A stretch of 64,000 nt of DNA, taken from the NCBI GenBank assembly GCA_963662265.2, contig CAXXHA010000001.1, positions 1 through 64,000 of the forward strand. The letters are read 5' to 3'. The DNA is from Spirochaetia bacterium. GTDB taxonomy: Bacteria > Spirochaetota > Spirochaetia > CADAEX01. A program made the translations under genes and the position numbers. The notes under the pieces were generated by a model. That model searched no databases and was not told the DNA's origin. It was given only the letters and a program-made list of their open reading frames with translations. Position 1 is the stretch's first letter; each line of letters opens with the position of its first letter. This document shows, piece after piece, positions 57,777 through 64,000 of this stretch.

Positions 57777-59866
57777 CAGAAGCTGTATCCCGCTCCGATA
57801 AAGAATGACCTTCCGGGAGCTGTAAGTTCTCCTACAGGCTCATATTCTTCATCGAGGATATTTGTAAATCCTGTATAAACATTAAGCATATCTTTATATG
57901 AAAGAGATGTCTTGAAGTTCAGGGTTATCCACCCGTCACTTTCGGTCTCAGTGCCGCTTGAATACTCTGTTTCTGATTTTGCCGCAAACCTTGAATAAAG
58001 ATCACTGTCAAGAACAGCATCTTTTGCAAGCTTCTGCTCATGCCTTACACCGAACCTGCCTTTTAAAAGAGGCTCACCGCTCTTCCATGTATCTTCTACA
58101 GTTTTACCGCTGCCGTAATCATATTTCTTTCTGATAAGTGTAAGATCAGAGTACGGTGTAATACCAAAGAGGTGTGTATCAACTGCAACAGAAAGTTCAG
58201 CTCCGAAAGTATCTGCCCCTCCGATATTTATGTATTCTGTATTATCTGTTGAGATATAGTCTTTTGCAGTTGTAAAAAATCCCGCAAGGTCTGCATAGAA
58301 GTATTCTCCGTCATAATTTGTCCCGAGCTCAAAAGAGTGCGATGTTTCAGGGTCAAGATCAGGATTACCAGCAATAGCTGATCCCGTACCATGAGCCGGA
58401 GCTCCTATATAAAGCTCAACAAGATTGGGGTGCCTGTATCCTGAGCCGTAACTTCCTCTCACAGAGAAATCATCTGAAATGTGATAGATTGATGCAAGGC
58501 TGAAAGAAAGGTTCCAGTCTGTTGAGTCCCCCTCCTGGAGAGTCATACCGGGATCATCTGTATCAACAAGCTCGGATGAAATAAATGTGTATCTTCCCCC
58601 GGCAGTTACAGAAAAGTCATCAAGTACTTCCCATTCATCCTGAACAAAAAATGCATATGTGTTCATCCAGGAATCATATTCAAACTTTTCATCAACCTTG
58701 GATGCAGGAATTACAGCCCCTTCATATGTATATGATTTCTCGGTACCGTCAATATCATCCCTCTTGAAATCAACTCCGGAAATAATATAATGAGATCCGT
58801 AAGCAAAGTCACTCTGAAAATTCACGCCTAGTGTTTTCTGTTTATTACATGTTGCAGTATGGCTTGCATAATCCATCACAACCATTCCGGGAGGATTCTG
58901 ATACATATAATAATCCATGAAAATATCAAAATCCCTTTCTGTATACTGATAATAAGTATCAAAGCTAATAACAGGGATAAAATCATTTAGATCGAACAGT
59001 TTTATAAAAGCAGAACCTTTTGTCCTGTCCGACCCTGGAATATCCATACTCATATCCTGAATCGGTCCCGCAGGAAAACCCAGTTCTTCCAGATCTGTAT
59101 AAACCTCATACTCGCTCTGATATACTTCAAATTTTGCTCCGGTATGGAATTTATCATTTTTGTAACCGAGATATGCGCTGTATTCATCGCTTTCCGAGCC
59201 GGTACCAGAATTTCGGTCTTCACCATTATTATCAAGAGTACCGTCAGGGGTTTCTGTATCATCATATCGTGAAAGGCCGTATGCAAATGTATATTCAATA
59301 CCGTTTACATTCCCGTTAATAATATTATCGCCCCTGAAACCTCTGGTTGCTGTATCATAGCTGTAATTAATACTTCCGCCGAACGGCTTGTCCCCCCCTT
59401 TCTTTGTTATAATATTAACTACACCACCTATAGCTTCTGATCCGTAAAGGACAGAAACAGGGCCCTTAACAACCTCAATTCTTTCAATCTGGGACTTTCC
59501 AAGCATTGCCATGGGGCCGTCCATTGATTTCTGGAGTGACAGAGGCTGACCATCAATAAGAAGAAGTGTTCTTCTGCTACTCTCTCCCCTTATGCATACA
59601 TATTTCATACCGTTTGAAGCTGTTGTTGCAATTTCAACACCCGGTATATCCCTCAATATTTCCGCTATATTCTGGGCAGGAGTCTCTTTAACCTCTTTAT
59701 CATCCACTATGACAGCAGATACAGGAACATCCTGAATATTCTTTTCTTTTTTCGAAGCTGTAACAATTACTTCATCAGTTTCTTCAAAATTTGTATTTTC
59801 TTCAGCATAGATAAACACTGAACAAAATATTAAAGCTGCTGTAATTAACTTAACTTTACCTGACAC
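57776..59866 (-). CDS. TonB-dependent receptor, probable heme receptor
   Basis: EVIVTASK, IERIEVVKGPVSVLYGSEAIGGVVN, YRHP...H...NPDLDPE, C-terminal YSF; first gene of the hutW operon. Confidence 0.92.
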   Translation of the reverse strand: MSGKVKLITAALIFCSVFIYAEENTNFEETDEVIVTASKKEKNIQDVPVSAVIVDDKEVKETPAQNIAEILRDIPGVEIATTASNGMKYVCIRGESSRRTLLLIDGQPLSLQKSMDGPMAMLGKSQIERIEVVKGPVSVLYGSEAIGGVVNIITKKGGDKPFGGSINYSYDTATRGFRGDNIINGNVNGIEYTFAYGLSRYDDTETPDGTLDNNGEDRNSGTGSESDEYSAYLGYKNDKFHTGAKFEVYQSEYEVYTDLEELGFPAGPIQDMSMDIPGSDRTKGSAFIKLFDLNDFIPVISFDTYYQYTERDFDIFMDYYMYQNPPGMVVMDYASHTATCNKQKTLGVNFQSDFAYGSHYIISGVDFKRDDIDGTEKSYTYEGAVIPASKVDEKFEYDSWMNTYAFFVQDEWEVLDDFSVTAGGRYTFISSELVDTDDPGMTLQEGDSTDWNLSFSLASIYHISDDFSVRGSYGSGYRHPNLVELYIGAPAHGTGSAIAGNPDLDPETSHSFELGTNYDGEYFYADLAGFFTTAKDYISTDNTEYINIGGADTFGAELSVAVDTHLFGITPYSDLTLIRKKYDYGSGKTVEDTWKSGEPLLKGRFGVRHEQKLAKDAVLDSDLYSRFAAKSETEYSSGTETESDGWITLNFKTSLSYKDMLNVYTGFTNILDEEYEPVGELTAPGRSFFIGAGYSF

Positions 59867-59972
59867 TTGTTTCCCCTTCTAAATATTTTTAATAACAGAC
59901 TTTTTTTGAAAAATATTAAATTAAACTTTTTTACATCCATCATTTCGCTTCTGCACTTATAGATGATACTTT

Positions 59973-60045
59973 TTTAGAGAATTCTCACTTTGTTAGTTTA
60001 GCCTAACTTTAAGGACAGAATATTTCCCTGCTTTAATTTTGTCAA
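59973..60045 (-). promoter_or_regulatory. Promoter with GTTAGTTTAGCCTAAC box (DtxR/IdeR-like) and -35 TTGACA
   Basis: Box at 59992-60007, degenerate copy at 59973-59988, TGTCAA at 60040-60045. Confidence 0.72.
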
Positions 60046-60161
60046 TAGCACAGAAAAATATATCTGTTTATTATTATTATTTTTTATTATTTAAACTGAT
60101 TACAATTTCAGAATGTCATCAAACCAGTTATATAACATGTATGTTTCAATTCAGCCAACAC

Positions 60162-61907
60162 CTAAAACGCCAGCAGTTTCCTTTCCTTAATCCCGATTTC
60201 TCCTGCCAGTTTCTGCGAATCCCACAGCTTTTTATAAAGATTGTTGTTTAAAACCAGGTCAGAGTGTTTACCCTGTTCTGCAATCCTTCCATTTTCAAAA
60301 ACAATTATTTTATCGGCGCTTTTTATAGTATTAAGATGATGTGCAATAACAATGAAAGTCCTTTTTTCAGCCAGATTGCTTATTGCCTTCTGAATCTGCG
60401 ACTCATTTACCGGATCAACATTACTTGTTATCTCATCAAGTATGACAATTGGCGCATCTTTCAGAAAAGCCCTGGCAATTGAAATTCTCTGCTTCTGACC
60501 GCCCGAAAGCCCGACACCGTTTTCCCCCACCAATGTGTTATACCCGTCCGGCAGCCCCATGATATAATCATGAATCATTGCCTTTTCAGCAGCACTGACA
60601 ACCTCCTCATGTGAGGCGTTTCTTTTACCAATCAGAATATTGTTGTATATAGTATCTGAAAACAGAATCACATTCTGCATGACAATACTTATATTTGACA
60701 GAAGATAATCATACTCAATATTACAGATATCCACACCCCCGATTCTTACAAATCCGCCGGAGGGGTCCCAGAACCGGAGCAACAAATTGGTTATCGTTGT
60801 TTTCCCGGAACCTGAAGGACCTACAAGCGCTGTAAGGCTGTTCTGTTCCAGACTGAAAGAAACGTTATCAAGTTCAAACGCCCCTTCACTGTAGGAAAAA
60901 TTTACACTATCGAAATTTATGTTGAATTCATCCGGTATTTCTGTTTCTCCGGGAAGCTCGACTACAGGCGATTTCAACACAGTCTGGATACGGTTGAAGC
61001 TGTCTTTCACTTTTATGTAATTAAGCCAGTGTCCTTCCATGTTTGCAAAAGGTTTGTAGAATTCCCTGCTTAAAGCAATGAAAACAAGATATGTAAACAG
61101 GTCTATTTCCTTGACATATACAAGGTACGCTCCGGAAATAACAAGAAAAGCAAATGAAAGCTCAATAAAGAACGAGTATCTTCCAAGGTACCCTGCAACA
61201 AGTTTTGCATTTTTCCGGCTGTTATTCCCGAATTCTTCAATACTGCTGTTTAAGCGGTTCTGAAAACACCGGTTATTGCTGAAAGATTTAAACACAGGTA
61301 TACCTTTTACATATTCGGCAAAGAGGCTTACCATGTCGGCATGACTGTCCTGAGTGTTTTTCTGGTTGTCAGATGCAGAGCATATCCCCTTGCAAAGAAG
61401 AAACAGTCCGGCAGGAATAAAGAAAACCATTGCAACAGCAAGCTTCCAGTTTATACAAACAAAACATGTAAAAAGCAATGCTGTAACAACAAAATCACTG
61501 ATCATCCTTGTCCACATATGAGCAACAACTGCCTCCATGTTATCAACATCCTTGTGTATTATTGTACTGATCTCACCAAGCCTTTCTTTTGAATAAAATC
61601 CGAGGGAAAACTGCTTCAATCTGAGAATCAGCTTTTCCCTGATCCCCTGTACTATATCAAACCCGGCAAAATGCTTTGCCATGTCTGCAGCAATATTGCA
61701 AGCTGCCTTGAAAACAACCAGCAGAACAAGGAATAACCAGTAAATACTGATATCTGTTTCACTGCCCCCTGCTGCCCTGTTAATCATATCAAGTATAAGG
61801 ACAATGACAGCAGTACCGGAAAATGAATACAGGATAAAAAAAACAACTGCAGTAATTATCATCCACTTACCCCGGACAGTCATGTTATTCAATATATCTC
61901 TAATCAT
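60162..61907 (-). CDS. ABC half-transporter, IrtB/YbtQ-like
   Basis: GPSGSGKT, LSGGQKQRISIARA, DEITSNVDPVNE. Confidence 0.9.
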   Translation of the reverse strand: MIRDILNNMTVRGKWMIITAVVFFILYSFSGTAVIVLILDMINRAAGGSETDISIYWLFLVLLVVFKAACNIAADMAKHFAGFDIVQGIREKLILRLKQFSLGFYSKERLGEISTIIHKDVDNMEAVVAHMWTRMISDFVVTALLFTCFVCINWKLAVAMVFFIPAGLFLLCKGICSASDNQKNTQDSHADMVSLFAEYVKGIPVFKSFSNNRCFQNRLNSSIEEFGNNSRKNAKLVAGYLGRYSFFIELSFAFLVISGAYLVYVKEIDLFTYLVFIALSREFYKPFANMEGHWLNYIKVKDSFNRIQTVLKSPVVELPGETEIPDEFNINFDSVNFSYSEGAFELDNVSFSLEQNSLTALVGPSGSGKTTITNLLLRFWDPSGGFVRIGGVDICNIEYDYLLSNISIVMQNVILFSDTIYNNILIGKRNASHEEVVSAAEKAMIHDYIMGLPDGYNTLVGENGVGLSGGQKQRISIARAFLKDAPIVILDEITSNVDPVNESQIQKAISNLAEKRTFIVIAHHLNTIKSADKIIVFENGRIAEQGKHSDLVLNNNLYKKLWDSQKLAGEIGIKERKLLAF

Positions 61908-63637
61908 CTTTCATCCTCCCTTATCTGCCAGTTGTCAACAAGATCCTGCTGCTCAACCATTTCCCTGTACAATAAAGACACATCCATAAGCTCATCATGC
62001 TTCCCTGAAGCAGAAATCCTTCCTTCATCCATGACAACAATCTGATCCGCATCAATGACAGTGTTAAGGTTATGAGCAATCATAATAACGGTTTTTTCAC
62101 GGCCCAGGTTTTCAATTGCCTTCTGTATAAGGTATTCATTAGCCGGATCTATCGCGGAAGTCGCCTCATCAAGAATAATAATCGGTGAATTTTTAAGAAT
62201 CATTCTTGCAATGGAAATACGCTGCTTTTCTCCGCCTGAAAGCCTTGCGCCCAGTTCCCCTGTCAATGTCTTATACCCTTCAGGAAGGTCTGTAATGAAA
62301 TCATGAATCCCAGCTTTTTTTGCTGCCTCTTCAACCTCTTCAAGTGTCGCATCCTGCCGCCCTATTCTTATATTCTCTTCAATTGACTGATTAAAAAGAA
62401 CAACATCCTGCTGCACTATTGAGAGAAGCTCTGAAAGGGCTTTTTCAGAAATTTGGGCTATGTCCCGGTTTCCTATACTTACAGAACCGCTGTCAGGCAG
62501 CCAGAATCCCATAATAAGCTGTGCCAGTGTTGTTTTCCCTGATCCTGATTTGCCGACTATCGCGTTTACACTTTTTTCCCTGAAAACAAGATCAATATTA
62601 TCGAGTATTTTTTTCTTTCCCGGATAACTGAAGTTTAAATTCCTTATTTCAATATCACCAGGCGCCGCCTCGTTGAAATATTCAGTTTTCCCGGGACATT
62701 CAACACAGAGAATGGAATTTATATTTTCTTTTGACTGGTTGAAAACAATACCAAAATGCTGAAATGTGGCAAGCCTTGCAAATGATGATGAAAAAAAACC
62801 ACCGAGTATCAATGAAAGAACAAACTGCTGAATATTAACATCCCCGCGTGTATAAAGCAGAGAACCTGCTATAATCATAAACACAAGACCGGCATCAAGC
62901 ATAAGCGAAATAACCCCAAGCGGGACTGATATGCTGCCCAGCACCTTTTTTACCCAGCTGATATAATCATTCATTCCCCCGAGAAGATTTTCAGTCTTGT
63001 TTTCTTCTCTACTGAAAGCCTTTATCACAGGTATTGTAGCAATATATTCAACCATATCCTCAGACATTTTTTTTGTACTTTCAGAGAATTTCCTGAAACT
63101 TTTTCCCCATAATTTATTCAAAATAGACCTGGAGAAAAACAGAAGCGGCACAGTTGAAAAAAGCGACACTGCAAGCCTCCAGTCAATAAAGAAAATAACA
63201 ACAAGAATTACCGCAGGGACAAATACTGTTGATACAATCTCCGGCAGGGCATGCGCGAGATAAAGCTCAACCTGCTCAACATCATGACTGATAATTTTTA
63301 TAAGATCCCCGGTTTTACGGCTCTGATAAAAACTGAGAGGCAGTTTTTTCAAATGCTCTGTAATATCAATGCGTATATCAGACAACACCTTATATGCTGA
63401 ATCATGGGCTTTCCATATTGAAAGTCCGTAAAACAGGGATTTTAAAACCAGGCATGTGAGTATGCCGGAACTGTAGATTAACAAGTGTTTCAATCCAAAT
63501 ACTCCCGCTGCCAGATCTCCGATCATCAGTACAACAAGTACAAAAGGGACAATTCCCAGAACAACACTGAAAAGAGACAAAACAGAAGATGTCATGCTTT
63601 TTGATTTAATATCCAGACCGGAATCACAGCTCTTCAT
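61904..63637 (-). CDS. ABC half-transporter, IrtA/YbtP-like
   Basis: AHDSAYKVL, HDVEQVELYLAHALPE, GKSGSGKT, LSGGEKQR. Confidence 0.9.
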   Translation of the reverse strand: MKSCDSGLDIKSKSMTSSVLSLFSVVLGIVPFVLVVLMIGDLAAGVFGLKHLLIYSSGILTCLVLKSLFYGLSIWKAHDSAYKVLSDIRIDITEHLKKLPLSFYQSRKTGDLIKIISHDVEQVELYLAHALPEIVSTVFVPAVILVVIFFIDWRLAVSLFSTVPLLFFSRSILNKLWGKSFRKFSESTKKMSEDMVEYIATIPVIKAFSREENKTENLLGGMNDYISWVKKVLGSISVPLGVISLMLDAGLVFMIIAGSLLYTRGDVNIQQFVLSLILGGFFSSSFARLATFQHFGIVFNQSKENINSILCVECPGKTEYFNEAAPGDIEIRNLNFSYPGKKKILDNIDLVFREKSVNAIVGKSGSGKTTLAQLIMGFWLPDSGSVSIGNRDIAQISEKALSELLSIVQQDVVLFNQSIEENIRIGRQDATLEEVEEAAKKAGIHDFITDLPEGYKTLTGELGARLSGGEKQRISIARMILKNSPIIILDEATSAIDPANEYLIQKAIENLGREKTVIMIAHNLNTVIDADQIVVMDEGRISASGKHDELMDVSLLYREMVEQQDLVDNWQIREDER

Positions 63638-63684
63638 CCCCTACCCCCTTTCTTTCATGAATTATCATATAAACCTCCTTAATT

Positions 63685-63734
63685 ACTGAACAACAATTCA
63701 ATTTTTGCTCGTTATTATTGAATAAGCGTTCAAT
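63685..63734. promoter_or_regulatory. Pair of A(T/C)TGAA-N6-TTCAAT inverted repeats, putative TetR operators
   Basis: Sites at 63685-63702 and 63717-63734, between a TetR-like gene and the ABC pair. Confidence 0.55.
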
Positions 63735-63757
63735 ATTGATATAAAAAATTTTGCTGT

Positions 63758-64000
63758 TTACAAACCGGCAGTCCCGTACAGATGCTGCTTTATCAGGAGC
63801 CTGAACATCATCCCTGCCCATTCCGGGTCAACATAATGGCGGGCTATCTCAAAAACCCCCTCCATAAAGTTAGTTGCAAGTATGTGATAAAATATTCTGT
63901 CAAAAACTGCTGTCTTTAAGCACAGGTGTTTTTTTAAGATGCCTTGTAACATCATCAATAAGATCATCCTTGAATCCCGAGTACAGACTCCCGGAACTCC
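63758..64000 (-). CDS. C-terminal part of a probable TetR-family regulator, apparently frameshifted near 63902-63935
   Basis: Upstream frame SSGSLYSGFKDDLIDDV... switches to FDRIFYHILATNFMEGVFEIARH; similar position to the other TetR genes. Confidence 0.6.
   Translation of the reverse strand, partial: GVPGVCTRDSRMILLMMLQGILKKHLCLKTAVFDRIFYHILATNFMEGVFEIARHYVDPEWAGMMFRLLIKQHLYGTAGL

Noticed and set aside
51720-60160. Cobalamin or other known riboswitch upstream of the TonB receptors or ECF genes
   Set aside because: Leaders are short and AT-rich, and I could not recognise conserved aptamer elements by eye; an Rfam scan would be needed to exclude them fully

Overview
AT-rich bacterial window, probably an anaerobic diderm such as a free-living Spirochaetota (inferred from gene content and protein style, not proven). 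The left third holds a NifB/NifX-family plus ferredoxin-ATPase operon, a membrane LuxR-POTRA/barrel-serine hydrolase cassette, an Fe-ADH, a TetR-LolD-FtsX x2-LolA-like-OM barrel operon, a 4 x 84-bp tandem repeat and a double-CZB chemoreceptor. From about 20.9 kb to the end is a ~43-kb metal/iron acquisition region. It contains DUF1007 plus an RcnA/NiCoT transporter, two Feo systems, a TetR-LolA-like-MMPL-methyltransferase-ABC/ABC-methyltransferase-feoCAB operon, exbB-exbD-tonB, and a TonB receptor-yejABEF operon. It also contains a TonB receptor-HutW/ChuW-ECF-flavodoxin (probable anaerobic heme) operon and a second IrtAB/YbtPQ-like ABC pair. A TTAG-N6-CTAA box recurs at six of the promoters in this region. 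A covarying intergenic hairpin element occurs inside two metal operons 23 kb apart. Several genes carry +1 homopolymer frameshifts, most likely assembly errors. I saw no rRNA, tRNA, CRISPR array or transposase.
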